IMG/VR virus record: IMGVR_UViG_2563366988_000007 | Location: 1 to 40,587 of that record | Length of the DNA: 40,587 bases | Strand: one strand, 5' to 3' | Source of the DNA: a virus | Lineage: Duplodnaviria > Heunggongvirae > Uroviricota > Caudoviricetes | Part shown: piece after piece, positions 1 to 8,726 of the stretch | Layout of the letters: the number at the start of each line of letters is the position of its first letter | Position numbering within the stretch: the first letter of the stretch is position 1 | The notes under the pieces: generated by a model | The model's database searches: none | Told to the model about the DNA's origin: nothing | Seen by the model: the letters and a program-made list of their open reading frames with translations, nothing else | Made by a program: the position numbers and the translations under genes

Positions 1-516
1 ATGAAATTTAAAAAATGTCTTCTGCCTGTGGCAATGTTAGCGTCATTCACTCTGGCAGGATGCCAGTCAAATGCTGATGATCATGCCGCCGATGTTTATC
101 AAACCGATCAACTGAATACCAAACAAGAAACTAAAACCGTTAATATTATTTCCATTCTTCCCGCAAAAGTTGCCGTAGACAACTCCCAAAATAAACGGAA
201 CGCACAAGCCTTCGGCGCGCTTATTGGTGCAGTCGCTGGCGGTGTAATCGGCCACAACGTGGGGTCTGGCAGCAATTCCGGAACGACGGCAGGTGCAGTT
301 GGCGGCGGAGCTGTTGGCGCGGCAGCGGGTTCTATGGTGAATGATAAAACCTTAGTGGAAGGTGTTTCTTTAACGTATAAGGAAGGCACCAAAGTGTATA
401 CCTCCACCCAGGTGGGTAAAGAGTGCCAGTTTACGACAGGTTTAGCCGTTGTTATTACCACGACGTATAACGAAACGCGTATTCAGCCAAATACGAAATG
501 TCCTGAAAAGAGCTAA
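1..516 (+). CDS. Lipoprotein with glycine-zipper segment (YcfJ-like); host gene or prophage cargo
   Basis: Signal peptide with lipobox LAGC; Gly/Ala zipper GAVAGGVIGHNVG; ATG at window position 1. Confidence 0.6.
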   Translation: MKFKKCLLPVAMLASFTLAGCQSNADDHAADVYQTDQLNTKQETKTVNIISILPAKVAVDNSQNKRNAQAFGALIGAVAGGVIGHNVGSGSNSGTTAGAVGGGAVGAAAGSMVNDKTLVEGVSLTYKEGTKVYTSTQVGKECQFTTGLAVVITTTYNETRIQPNTKCPEKS

Positions 517-531
517 TGATCAGGAGGAGTC

Positions 532-1071
532 ATGAAGAAAGTTTTTCTTTGCGCCATCTTAGCCTCCTTAAGCTATCCGGCTATCGCCTCATCATTGCAG
601 GATCAACTCTCGGCTGTCGCAGAAGCGGAACAGCAAGGTAAAAATGAAGAGCAAAGGCAGCATGACGAATGGGTCGCGGAGCGCAACAGGGAAATCCAGC
701 AAGAGAAGCAACGTCGCGCAAACGCCCAGGCCGCGGCTAATAAAAGAGCGGCAACGGCAGCGGCGAATAAGAAAGCTCGTCAGGATAAACTGGACGCCGA
801 AGCCACTGCGGACAAAAAACGCGATCAAAGTTATGAAGATGAGCTACGCAGCTTAGAGATTCAGAAACAAAAACTGGCGCTGGCGAAAGAAGAAGCCCGC
901 GTCAAGCGCGAAAACGAATTTATCGATCAGGAACTGAAGCACAAAGCTGCGCAAACCGATGTGGTGCAATCTGAAGCTGACGCAAACAGAAATATGACTG
1001 AAGGCGGTCGCGATCTGATGAAAAGCGTGGGCAAAGCAGAAGAGAACAAATCGGACAGCTGGTTTAACTAA
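532..1071 (+). CDS. Secreted coiled-coil protein, charged K/E/R/A/Q-rich, unknown function
   Basis: N-terminal signal peptide (MKKVFLCAILASLSYPAIA); SD aggagg 8 nt upstream; same operon as 1-516. Confidence 0.55.
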   Translation: MKKVFLCAILASLSYPAIASSLQDQLSAVAEAEQQGKNEEQRQHDEWVAERNREIQQEKQRRANAQAAANKRAATAAANKKARQDKLDAEATADKKRDQSYEDELRSLEIQKQKLALAKEEARVKRENEFIDQELKHKAAQTDVVQSEADANRNMTEGGRDLMKSVGKAEENKSDSWFN

Positions 1072-1111
1072 GCGATGTCAGTAACTTCAAGCCTATGATT
1101 CGTGAGTATAA

Positions 1112-1141
1112 AAAACCCTCTGTAGTAACAGAGGGTTTTGT
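1112..1141 (+). terminator. Intrinsic terminator (A-tract, 7-bp GC stem ccctctg/cagaggg, T-tract), possibly bidirectional
   Basis: aaaaccctctg-tagtaa-cagagggtttt read directly. Confidence 0.6.
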
Positions 1142-1289
1142 TCATTCATAGTGCAGGGTTCAAATCATTCCCACTCAATTATTTACGATAACCATAACCA
1201 ATTGAGTGATAACATTTTTCCAAATCTCAATTTTTCCCGTACCGTTTTATATACCGTCACCGGAAATCAGTACCATGAAAAATGCCATG

Positions 1290-1772
1290 CTATCTGGTCA
1301 AAGTGTCGTACTGTTTTTCGCAGACTCTTCCGGCTTCGGCTGCCCGGTCAGCATACTCTGCCAGTTGTCTGTTTCTCTCGAGAGATTTGCTGAGCACGTC
1401 GGCAAGCAAAACTCCGGTGTCTGCGGCTGACGACCCAGCGCCGACAATGGCGTTATACTGCCTGAGCTGCTCACGGATGGCAAAGAGTTGTTGCTGCAAC
1501 CGGCCAGCGCTAGCGGCAGCATCAAGAGCATCATTGCGCGCCTGGTCGATCCTCTGCTGAGCTTCACGTTCATTGGTCACTTTCTCCTGTTCGTAGTACT
1601 GACGAACTTTGTCTTCTTCGGCTTTGCGGTCTTCTTCCGCCTGAGCATACCCGGCATCGTACTGGCGACTGCCGTGTATATTCCAGGCAACCACTCCTGA
1701 TATGACCAGAACAGCAAGCACTGCCACGATAAGAAACTGTTTCCAGTATGCTTTTACGAATGCCCAGATCAT
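1290..1772 (-). CDS. Rz-like i-spanin
   Basis: N-terminal TM helix then charged coiled-coil periplasmic domain; directly downstream of endolysin. Confidence 0.65.
   Translation of the reverse strand: MIWAFVKAYWKQFLIVAVLAVLVISGVVAWNIHGSRQYDAGYAQAEEDRKAEEDKVRQYYEQEKVTNEREAQQRIDQARNDALDAAASAGRLQQQLFAIREQLRQYNAIVGAGSSAADTGVLLADVLSKSLERNRQLAEYADRAAEAGRVCEKQYDTLTR
1298..1573 (-). CDS. Rz1-like o-spanin lipoprotein embedded out of frame inside Rz
   Basis: Lipoprotein signal [27 protein letters not shown], Pro-rich mature part; AGGAG about 10 nt upstream. Confidence 0.5.
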   Translation of the reverse strand: MNVKLSRGSTRRAMMLLMLPLALAGCSNNSLPSVSSSGSITPLSALGRQPQTPEFCLPTCSANLSRETDNWQSMLTGQPKPEESAKNSTTL

Positions 1773-2398
1773 ACCGCCAGCACCTTACTGGCAGTGATGT
1801 ACCGCGCTCGCCGGTCGTCGATGCCGTTCCGGCCACCATTGATAATCAGAGTTACACGTGCAATATCGCCGGTATACTTCATGCATCCTTTGCTGGCGAA
1901 GAACCACGCCGCGCTACGAGCCGCATATCCGTCCTGCGCCAGCAGTTCAGGGCTCTCCAGCAGGTCAACCTTCAGACCGTTTCCGCAATCACGATAGTTA
2001 TTCAAACCGGTAATCTGGATAAGTCCGCGCCCTCGGTAATTCCAGCCATCACCAGGGGCATTGTTCCCCATGCGTTTGCTGTATACCAGATTTGCGATCG
2101 CGCGCTGGCGCTCAAGTGGCAATGGTGGTTCACCAGCACGGCGCCCCAGTGCATTAGCCTGCCCCTGAGTGAGACGCCCAGCCCGAACGAAGTTAGCCAG
2201 TCCGCTGACACTGTAGTTGAAATTCTCCTGCAACCTGGTGAAGCCCCCAGACTCATGCCCGACTTGAGCAATAAACATTGCCTGATCTTCTGCTTTGCTG
2301 ATACCAAACTCTTTCATCGCAGAAGTTATATGCGAGAACCAGCGTGCGGCCAGTGCCTCGCTGATACCAGCAGCTCGCTGGAATTGTTTAATCTCCAT
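1769..2398 (-). CDS. Endolysin, glycoside hydrolase family 19 (chitinase-like lysozyme)
   Basis: Start at [11 protein letters not shown] with GAGG SD; motifs [22 protein letters not shown] typical of GH19 endolysins; long upstream ORF extension judged non-coding. Confidence 0.8.
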   Translation of the reverse strand: MEIKQFQRAAGISEALAARWFSHITSAMKEFGISKAEDQAMFIAQVGHESGGFTRLQENFNYSVSGLANFVRAGRLTQGQANALGRRAGEPPLPLERQRAIANLVYSKRMGNNAPGDGWNYRGRGLIQITGLNNYRDCGNGLKVDLLESPELLAQDGYAARSAAWFFASKGCMKYTGDIARVTLIINGGRNGIDDRRARYITASKVLAV

Positions 2399-2696
2399 GT
2401 TTAGACCTCGATACTTTAAAAATTTGAACGACGTTACCGCGCGTTTTAATAACCGCAGCCAGCATGACAGCGTTGATAATGACCTCAGATAAATCCACAG
2501 CCATTGGCGTACGTAACCAGATTGCATAGGCGACTCGAACAGGAATACTGGCCGCAGCAACAATCAGGAAATAAGCAAGCCATCCTCCCCACCTTCGATG
2601 TTGAGAGCCGTTACGCCGGAATGTGACAACGCGAATTGCTATGCCAGTGCAAATAACTGCATTGGTGATAAGCAAAAAAAACTCATGCGTTACCAT
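2388..2696 (-). CDS. Small membrane protein of lysis cassette (holin/antiholin-like)
   Basis: Two to three predicted TM segments; position between holin and endolysin. Confidence 0.45.
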   Translation of the reverse strand: MVTHEFFLLITNAVICTGIAIRVVTFRRNGSQHRRWGGWLAYFLIVAAASIPVRVAYAIWLRTPMAVDLSEVIINAVMLAAVIKTRGNVVQIFKVSRSKHGD

Positions 2697-3087
2697 CGTC
2701 TTTTCTCCCCGGAATTAACTCGCGTGGATTATCGGAACGGTGATAGAGCCATATACCAATACGCACAGCGACAATTGCTGACACGAATGCGCCTGCAGAG
2801 AAAACAATCCCTTTTTCAAAAGAGTCCTGCGTGATGGTAGGGATCAGGCTGGCTATGCCGATAAGAATTGATGCTGCTGGTTTGTAAAAGAGAAGGCCGC
2901 AAAGAAAGCTGAGCATCGACAGGAGCACCCGGCGACGGATGGGGTACTCTACTGCAGAGGTAACAAAAATTACCGCCCCAGCCAAAGCCCCTAAAGCAAC
3001 CTCCGGAGGGACACCTGCAATAACCGCAGCAAGAGAACCAAAACTAAGCAACTGATTTAATTGCTCACTTGTTACTTGAGCAGACAT
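2683..3087 (-). CDS. Holin-like membrane protein
   Basis: Multiple hydrophobic helices, charged C-terminus, first gene of lysis cassette. Confidence 0.5.
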   Translation of the reverse strand: MSAQVTSEQLNQLLSFGSLAAVIAGVPPEVALGALAGAVIFVTSAVEYPIRRRVLLSMLSFLCGLLFYKPAASILIGIASLIPTITQDSFEKGIVFSAGAFVSAIVAVRIGIWLYHRSDNPRELIPGRKDDGNA

Positions 3088-3367
3088 ACTTTCTCCTGTT
3101 TACTATCTATAAGCCAGTCAATTATTGATGACTAAACCCGCATAGTAAACCATATATGAATCATTATTGTTCCATATCATATATCTCAATAAAAGTACTA
3201 ATGATTTTACAGAACGAGCCAGCAGAGTGGGGGCAGTTGTACAGGAACCATAGACTTAATTTTGTATTTAATAATGCTATGGTGTAATAAACCTGAACAT
3301 GTATTTAAAATACGTACTGATTCATGATAGAATTCAAAGATAACTTTTCACAAACTCCGTTTTTGAT

Positions 3368-3395
3368 ACCCGCAAAATATTGCGGGCTTTTTTTT
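3368..3395 (+). terminator. Intrinsic terminator oriented on + strand (stem cccgcaa/ttgcggg plus T8)
   Basis: acccgcaaaatattgcgggctttttttt; T-tract only on + side. Confidence 0.45.
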
Positions 3396-6300
3396 AACGT
3401 TCTTCCAGAGACTGAATCCGCTCTTTTATCTTATCCATTTCTCTGCGCTGCCATGCTGCCTCGATATAGAATAAGAGATCAGGTCTGACCCCCCATCTAG
3501 ATCCTGCTGGCGTTATTTCAACGCGCTCAATGATGTCTTCTATTACCATCACTGGATTATCATCCTCATCAACAATGATGCTCCCGTCATTATCAGTCAG
3601 CGGCATTTCCCTTTGGCCAGTAATGACGTCATCATATACTGCGGGATAATCGTCATAGCAAAGAAAGGCATAGCGGCATGTTGTGCTTTCTTCTTCCATG
3701 AGTCCGTGAGAAATAAGAACATCACGAAGTTGCTGCGCGATTACACCATGATGTATCCTCGCCCCTTCTTCCCCCTTTATAGCGACAGCGTTCAGCCATT
3801 TATAAGCGATATACCTGACGTCACCCCAGGCATCCAGCAATGCTTCGTCAGGAGAGACCGGCTCTGTCTTTAATGTTCCGTCACTGGTAACCACAGGATT
3901 GGAGCCAAGATAAACTGTCGAGAACCTGTTTCCCGGACCACCAAGAGCATTTACATTATCAAGATAAGGTTTAACATCTCCGTTCTCAAAAAGATGTTCG
4001 AGTGCGTTATATACCGCGCGACGTGGAGTACTGCTTCCGGAACCATGCAACGTTATCATTGCACCATCTGCTGAAGACGTTGTTTCACCGCCGCTAACGA
4101 TTAATCTCTGAGCGGTAACATCATCAGACGGTACTTTCTTCGCAATAATGGCGTAATTACCCTCAAGTTTGACTTCCGCGCGAACTTGTCCTGATGTACC
4201 TGCATGGACAGTCAGTGACTGGACGGCAACATCATCTGTGAAATCAACGGGTACAGGAACCGTCCTCACGCCTGACGTCGACATAAAAGTAGGAAGCGTT
4301 CTGTTAGGAGTGGCTCCGTAGACAAAATCCCTTGAAACAAATTCTTCCTGTTTAATTTTCACCCTGAAACAATACAAATCAGCCGGGTGACCATCGTGAA
4401 CATAAGGATATTTTCTGTTGTTATCCCCTATGCTCCATGGGTTTAGAAAGTCTTCCCCACCGAAAATGTAGTACAGCCAGTTGTCTTTGATACAAACTGA
4501 ACCAACACCAACCGCAGAGTTAACTATTCCGCCCTGATAAATCTGATCAGTAACATTAACCCACTCTACATTATCCAGACTCCACTCATTGACGTTAACT
4601 CTGGTCATAAATGTTCTTGGATAATTTCCTGCATAACGGTTATCAGGTTCTCCTCCTTCCCACTCACCAAATGCGCGCTCACTGCCAAAAATAATCAGCT
4701 CATCGCCAACTTTGGCAAAAGGAAGGTTTGAGTGATGAACATTATTTGGGAAGCGAAGAGAATTCCATGATGTACCTAAATCAGAGCTTCTGTGCAATGA
4801 ACTACCGGGTTGAGTACTTAATGTCCCCCTGGTCGTCAGATACAGAATGCCATCATAATATTTTACACATGGCTCAGATGCATTCGCCTCATATTCTACA
4901 GGTATGCGTCTGCGAACAAAGCTACCAGGAGAACCGAAAGCATCAGAGAAATAGAGTATCCCAAGCTCGCGTGGACCAATATCACCATTATGGTAGCCAA
5001 CAGCAAAACTGTTATCGCTAATCGTCGCAAAACTGTGAATCTCAGTAACAGGAGTGCTTCCGTCAACAAAAGAAGGAATAGTTCCAAGACTGGTTTTTCT
5101 CCATGGTGACGAGTGAAATGATGTACCAAAACTCCAGTATCTACCCTCGTTATTCTGATCCACATCCTGGGTATTTTGCGTCGTAACTGTAAAAGTATTT
5201 TTATCAATAACAGTAGTCACCGTCATATTCCCGGTAACACCTGTAACACCAGAGTTTGAGAAGTTGACAAAATCACCAGCAAATAATCCGTGATCAGTAA
5301 TGCGAATATAAGCGACTTGCTGATTTGCTGCTTTCGTTATACCACCATAAACGCGAAGGCTGCGACTCATTGGGCGATCCCACAACTCTGCAACCTGCAG
5401 TTTATTTCCGCTCACGGTCCGCGTCTCAATTACAGCAAAAAGGCGATTTCTGACAACCCCCATACTCATGCAGTGATAGTTAACTGTGGGATAGTTTTCA
5501 TGTAAATCTGTAAGCCATTCCGGCGTTGTCCAGGTCTTCCCGTCATCTCCTGAGCGAACCCATGCAACATGGAGGTTATTTACACCATGGCGGTCTCCAG
5601 CCATAAAAGGCGCATAGATGACATTGTCATATACAAACGTTTTATCCTGCGTCCAGGCGTTGTACCACGGTGTATCTGTAATTTTAAATAACTCTCCCTG
5701 GATAAAATCTTCAGAAGCATAAAAAAGAGGCTGGCCCGGTATTCTCTCAAATAAAAAACGAGCATTTTTAAATCGACTGACATCCGGAAGAGTTGATACT
5801 TTAAAAGTAAGCCCTAATCCGTCAATTTTATAACCTGGAGATGAGGCTTCAAGGCACGCGCTTATTGCAGTGGAATCGTCATTTATACCATCACCAACAG
5901 CTCCAAAATCTTTGGGGCTAATAGCATCACGCATTTTATCCTGGAACGTTCGGTACACAGCCCCAGAACCATACTGAATAAACCAACCAAAACCACCAAC
6001 AACCCCGGCGATTGCAGCATCGACATAATTACGCATTGAGCGATTATTTACAGCGTCCTGCTCAAATGATGGATCTGCAAGGTTAGAAATTTTGTTTTGC
6101 TTTGCATCGTAATATTTTGCAAGCAAAGATGGTTTCATCAATGCACGTCTGAACCACCCAAAACATTGCTGGATCAGCATCGTCAGGTAGTCAAAGGCAT
6201 CTTCATGCACTTCGGGGAAAAATTTTCCCTGATTGCGAAGGTCTGTCTCCTGCACTACATCAAGCACACGATCTATCGTAATTCGCCATCCAGTAGCAAG

Positions 6301-6513
6301 CGGAGACGGAAGAACCACAGAACCGCCACTATAAGTGCCCGCCCCAGTTACCGTATAACCGGTATCCAGAACCAATTCTGTTACGTTCCCGTTCAGGTCA
6401 GACACCTGAACAACCAGGTCTGATTTTCTGAAAATTCGAAAAGTATACGGAAACGATGTCGTAACGCCGTTACCGGTGTATTCGTTGTGGTCAACTTCGG
6501 TTGAGACCGTCAT
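3394..6513 (-). CDS. Tailspike/depolymerase: epsilon15-type N-terminal anchor, beta-helix-like central domain, C-terminal intramolecular chaperone (peptidase S74-like)
   Basis: N-term MTVSTEVDHNEYTGNGVTTSFPY; FGAVGDGINDDSTAI motif; Asp-box-like SGDDGKTW and SSDLGTSW; C-terminal SDGTLK cleavage-type motif. Confidence 0.8.
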   Translation of the reverse strand: MTVSTEVDHNEYTGNGVTTSFPYTFRIFRKSDLVVQVSDLNGNVTELVLDTGYTVTGAGTYSGGSVVLPSPLATGWRITIDRVLDVVQETDLRNQGKFFPEVHEDAFDYLTMLIQQCFGWFRRALMKPSLLAKYYDAKQNKISNLADPSFEQDAVNNRSMRNYVDAAIAGVVGGFGWFIQYGSGAVYRTFQDKMRDAISPKDFGAVGDGINDDSTAISACLEASSPGYKIDGLGLTFKVSTLPDVSRFKNARFLFERIPGQPLFYASEDFIQGELFKITDTPWYNAWTQDKTFVYDNVIYAPFMAGDRHGVNNLHVAWVRSGDDGKTWTTPEWLTDLHENYPTVNYHCMSMGVVRNRLFAVIETRTVSGNKLQVAELWDRPMSRSLRVYGGITKAANQQVAYIRITDHGLFAGDFVNFSNSGVTGVTGNMTVTTVIDKNTFTVTTQNTQDVDQNNEGRYWSFGTSFHSSPWRKTSLGTIPSFVDGSTPVTEIHSFATISDNSFAVGYHNGDIGPRELGILYFSDAFGSPGSFVRRRIPVEYEANASEPCVKYYDGILYLTTRGTLSTQPGSSLHRSSDLGTSWNSLRFPNNVHHSNLPFAKVGDELIIFGSERAFGEWEGGEPDNRYAGNYPRTFMTRVNVNEWSLDNVEWVNVTDQIYQGGIVNSAVGVGSVCIKDNWLYYIFGGEDFLNPWSIGDNNRKYPYVHDGHPADLYCFRVKIKQEEFVSRDFVYGATPNRTLPTFMSTSGVRTVPVPVDFTDDVAVQSLTVHAGTSGQVRAEVKLEGNYAIIAKKVPSDDVTAQRLIVSGGETTSSADGAMITLHGSGSSTPRRAVYNALEHLFENGDVKPYLDNVNALGGPGNRFSTVYLGSNPVVTSDGTLKTEPVSPDEALLDAWGDVRYIAYKWLNAVAIKGEEGARIHHGVIAQQLRDVLISHGLMEEESTTCRYAFLCYDDYPAVYDDVITGQREMPLTDNDGSIIVDEDDNPVMVIEDIIERVEITPAGSRWGVRPDLLFYIEAAWQRREMDKIKERIQSLEER

Positions 6514-6617
6514 GTTAAATCTCCAGATAGTCGCAGCACCCGTTGCGCCGCATATCTGGTTATTCTATTACCTGTAAAACCACATATGGATAGAAAGGCT
6601 GTAAATACGAATAGATA

Positions 6618-6632
6618 TTACCTTTCAGGTAA
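6618..6632. promoter_or_regulatory. Operator-like palindrome TTACC-N5-GGTAA (ttacctttcaggtaa)
   Basis: Perfect 5+5 inverted repeat; identical 15-mer at 25228. Confidence 0.5.
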
Positions 6633-6669
6633 TTTGCAAAACGTGCTGGATAGCAAACAAATTATTTGC

Positions 6670-6689
6670 TACTGTATAAATATACAGTT
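6670..6689. promoter_or_regulatory. LexA box (SOS box) tACTGTataaatatACAGtt
   Basis: CTGT-N8(AT-rich)-ACAG matches LexA consensus; 20 nt upstream of SD/ATG of 6709 gene. Confidence 0.7.
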
Positions 6690-6708
6690 ATTGCATGGAG
6701 AAGATAAG

Positions 6709-6966
6709 ATGCAGCAGTATCACTATCCACTGGAAGACGGATTTACCGAAAGGATTCACACGCCGGGAGGCGTCAGGTCACTGGTGGAGGGATCGCACTT
6801 GATGAAATTACTCCGGGATCTCGATAAGGATGGATTTAATGTCGATGGCCCACTTGCCGAACTGACTGCACTGATTAACTACGTCACCAGCTCACAGATG
6901 TCTATGCGGGATCTGCAAACACATCTCGACTATTGTGCCGAACAATTACGAAAACAAACCAGATAA
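6709..6966 (+). CDS. Small SOS-regulated protein, candidate antirepressor (Tum-like logic); paralogous to C-terminal domain of adjacent Bro-N protein
   Basis: GGAG SD 8 nt upstream of ATG; LexA box in promoter; shared motifs HTPGGV/HSPSGV, AEL, RDLQTH/RDIQTH with 7282-7977 C-terminus. Confidence 0.55.
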   Translation: MQQYHYPLEDGFTERIHTPGGVRSLVEGSHLMKLLRDLDKDGFNVDGPLAELTALINYVTSSQMSMRDLQTHLDYCAEQLRKQTR

Positions 6967-7104
6967 GGTTTGCAATTACCAAGTGGAGTGCTTATATTTA
7001 CCTTTGAGATAAATTTACATCGCACTCCTCTTGTGCCATAGTAATCGGGCACTGGCAAAATCCAGTGCCGGGATTGGCGTCCCGGATTACTAAAAGGCGC
7101 ATTC

Positions 7105-7124
7105 ACCGCGCAAGCGGTTTTTTT
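7105..7124 (+). terminator. Intrinsic terminator (accgc-gcaa-gcggt plus T7)
   Basis: caccgcgcaagcggttttttt. Confidence 0.5.
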
Positions 7125-7281
7125 ATGCGTATAGCACGGCCACATTCGTATTATGGTGGGCTGTGTGGGGGCACCGAAAGGTGCGCCGGGTCCTTTTAGC
7201 CGGTTACGCCAACCCTGCACAGTTCACCACCAACCGATTGGCGTCGGTAGTGGTGATTAACCAGACTAAAAGGTAACCACT

Positions 7282-7977
7282 ATGACAGCTACAAAAAGCA
7301 CGTCCATTTTTTCTTTCGAATCCCAAGCCGATATACGGGTAATCGTCATTAATGGTGAGCCATGGTTTATCGCTTCAGATGTTTGTCGGGCTATAGGCAT
7401 AGCAAACCATCGAGATGCTGTTCGAAAACTTGATGATGATGAGAAGGGCGTCGCTTCAACCGACACCCCTGGCGGTGAGCAAGAATCGATCATCATCTCC
7501 GAGTCAGGCCTCTACACACTGATCCTCCGCTGCCGCGACGCAGTGACACCAGGCACTATCCCCTACCGCTTTCGTAAATGGGTTACAGGTGAGGTTCTTC
7601 CTCAGATCCGCCGCACCGGAAGCTACATTAAAAACTCGCTCCCGCAGGAAGAACGCATAAAGATGGTTGCCGACCAGGTAGCCAACGCCACGGCGTCAGC
7701 AGTAATGCAGGCGATGAAGATAGAGAACAAAACCTACAGCGCCCCGCTGAAGCCCGGCTACCGCAGCCTGATTCACTCGCCGTCTGGTGTTCTCGGCCTG
7801 ACGGAAAACTCACTGCTGATGAATCTGCTGAACCAGTTACAGGACGACGGGCACGACGTATCGGGCGCGGCGGCGGAGCTGACCACCATGTTCTGCTACA
7901 TCGTCGGTGTGAGCAAATGCCTGCGTGATATCCAGACCCACGCGGAATACATCAACGACAAGGCAGGGTTCTTCTGA
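7282..7977 (+). CDS. Antirepressor, Bro-N domain protein with C-terminal domain shared with 6709-6966
   Basis: Bro-N signature IRVIVINGEPWFIASDVCRAIGI...SESGLYTLIL; SD aaaagg. Confidence 0.75.
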   Translation: MTATKSTSIFSFESQADIRVIVINGEPWFIASDVCRAIGIANHRDAVRKLDDDEKGVASTDTPGGEQESIIISESGLYTLILRCRDAVTPGTIPYRFRKWVTGEVLPQIRRTGSYIKNSLPQEERIKMVADQVANATASAVMQAMKIENKTYSAPLKPGYRSLIHSPSGVLGLTENSLLMNLLNQLQDDGHDVSGAAAELTTMFCYIVGVSKCLRDIQTHAEYINDKAGFF

Positions 7978-8021
7978 CGGGCGGTGGCACAGGGATGTGC
8001 CTTTAAATAATTCTGTACAGA

Positions 8022-8050
8022 TTGCAGACTGTGGGTGAATAGCGTACTAT
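8022..8050 (+). promoter_or_regulatory. Putative sigma70 promoter (-35 TTGCAG, 17-bp spacer, -10 TACTAT) abutting operator palindrome
   Basis: Hexamers read directly; drives 8077 ORF. Confidence 0.35.
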
Positions 8051-8064
8051 TACCTTAAAGGTAA
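8050..8064. promoter_or_regulatory. Operator-like palindrome TTACC-N5-GGTAA (ttaccttaaaggtaa)
   Basis: Perfect inverted repeat immediately upstream of SD aaggagg. Confidence 0.5.
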
Positions 8065-8076
8065 AGGAGGCGCGAT

Positions 8077-8244
8077 ATGACAGCGTTGAAAAATCGTACT
8101 CAGCACAATGAACAAGCCAAGCAATGCTGGGATGTCATTGGAAAAGTTATGCTTGGCCGCGCAAGCAAAGAGCGCGACAAGGATATGGTTTACCAGACAG
8201 GAACATCTTTCAGCGACTTCAAGGCGGCATTTCGCTCCAAATAG
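8077..8244 (+). CDS. Small protein (55 aa), unknown function; not in ORF track (below length cutoff)
   Basis: Strong SD AAGGAGG 7 nt upstream of ATG; translation MTALKNRTQHNEQAKQCWDVIGKVMLGRASKERDKDMVYQTGTSFSDFKAAFRSK. Confidence 0.4.
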   Translation: MTALKNRTQHNEQAKQCWDVIGKVMLGRASKERDKDMVYQTGTSFSDFKAAFRSK

Positions 8245-8264
8245 AAGCACATCAGGAGTTTTCC

Positions 8265-8705
8265 TTGAAGTTTAACATTAGAATATCTAATAGTTTTCTA
8301 CATGGGGAAAGCAACACCCCTTTCGCTGTAGACGGACCTTTCCTTACTGATGATGAAATAAAAATCATACAAAGTTTTTTAGAGGATGTTGCCAATGGAA
8401 GGGCGCTTGTTGGAAAAAACAAGCCCTCGTGGGTTGATGATAACCATGATAAAATTCCCGGCTCAGACAATTATGAGCAAGAGAATTATTGGCATTATCA
8501 TTGTGGGCCAACATGGTATCCAAACACATTTAAGAATTATACCATTAACTTAAATTTCAACCCTGGCGGAAGGCATTCTAATGAATGCATTCATTATGCA
8601 AAAAATGATAATGAAATTGTCATTGTTGGATTTTCAAGAGAACACATACCTTTCCTTTCATCAGATGGAAACAACAATCCGCTTTTTAATGATGAAGAAG
8701 AATAG
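8265..8705 (+). CDS. AT-rich moron protein (146 aa from TTG start; alternative ATG start at 8124), unknown function
   Basis: AGGAG SD 6 nt before in-frame TTG; no internal Met; low-GC codon usage unlike flanking phage genes; followed by terminator. Confidence 0.4.
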   Translation: MKFNIRISNSFLHGESNTPFAVDGPFLTDDEIKIIQSFLEDVANGRALVGKNKPSWVDDNHDKIPGSDNYEQENYWHYHCGPTWYPNTFKNYTINLNFNPGGRHSNECIHYAKNDNEIVIVGFSREHIPFLSSDGNNNPLFNDEEE

Positions 8706-8726
8706 CCCGCGCTGCGGGCTTTTTTG
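8704..8726 (+). terminator. Intrinsic terminator (gcccgc-gct-gcgggc plus T6)
   Basis: agcccgcgctgcgggcttttttg directly after stop codon. Confidence 0.6.

Noticed and set aside
1151-1700. Several plus-strand ORFs (1151-1393, 1206-1430, 1282-1560, 1488-1700)
   Set aside because: They overlap Rz/Rz1 on the opposite strand and each other; no RBS. The region is better explained by the spanin genes.
1769-2563. 264-aa form of the endolysin with 55 extra N-terminal residues
   Set aside because: The extension overlaps the holin-like gene and lacks an RBS; MEIKQ at 2398 has a GAGG SD.
3394-6513. Calling the tailspike an endosialidase (K1-specific) because of Asp-box motifs and the C-terminal chaperone
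   Set aside because: Asp-boxes and the S74 chaperone occur in many non-sialidase depolymerases, and a pectate-lyase-like GAVGDG signature is present; specificity cannot be assigned by eye.
8124-8705. 193-aa form of the moron protein starting at ATG 8124
   Set aside because: No RBS at 8124 and it overlaps the well-supported 55-aa ORF in another frame; an in-frame TTG at 8265 with an AGGAG SD is more plausible. Kept as an alternative.
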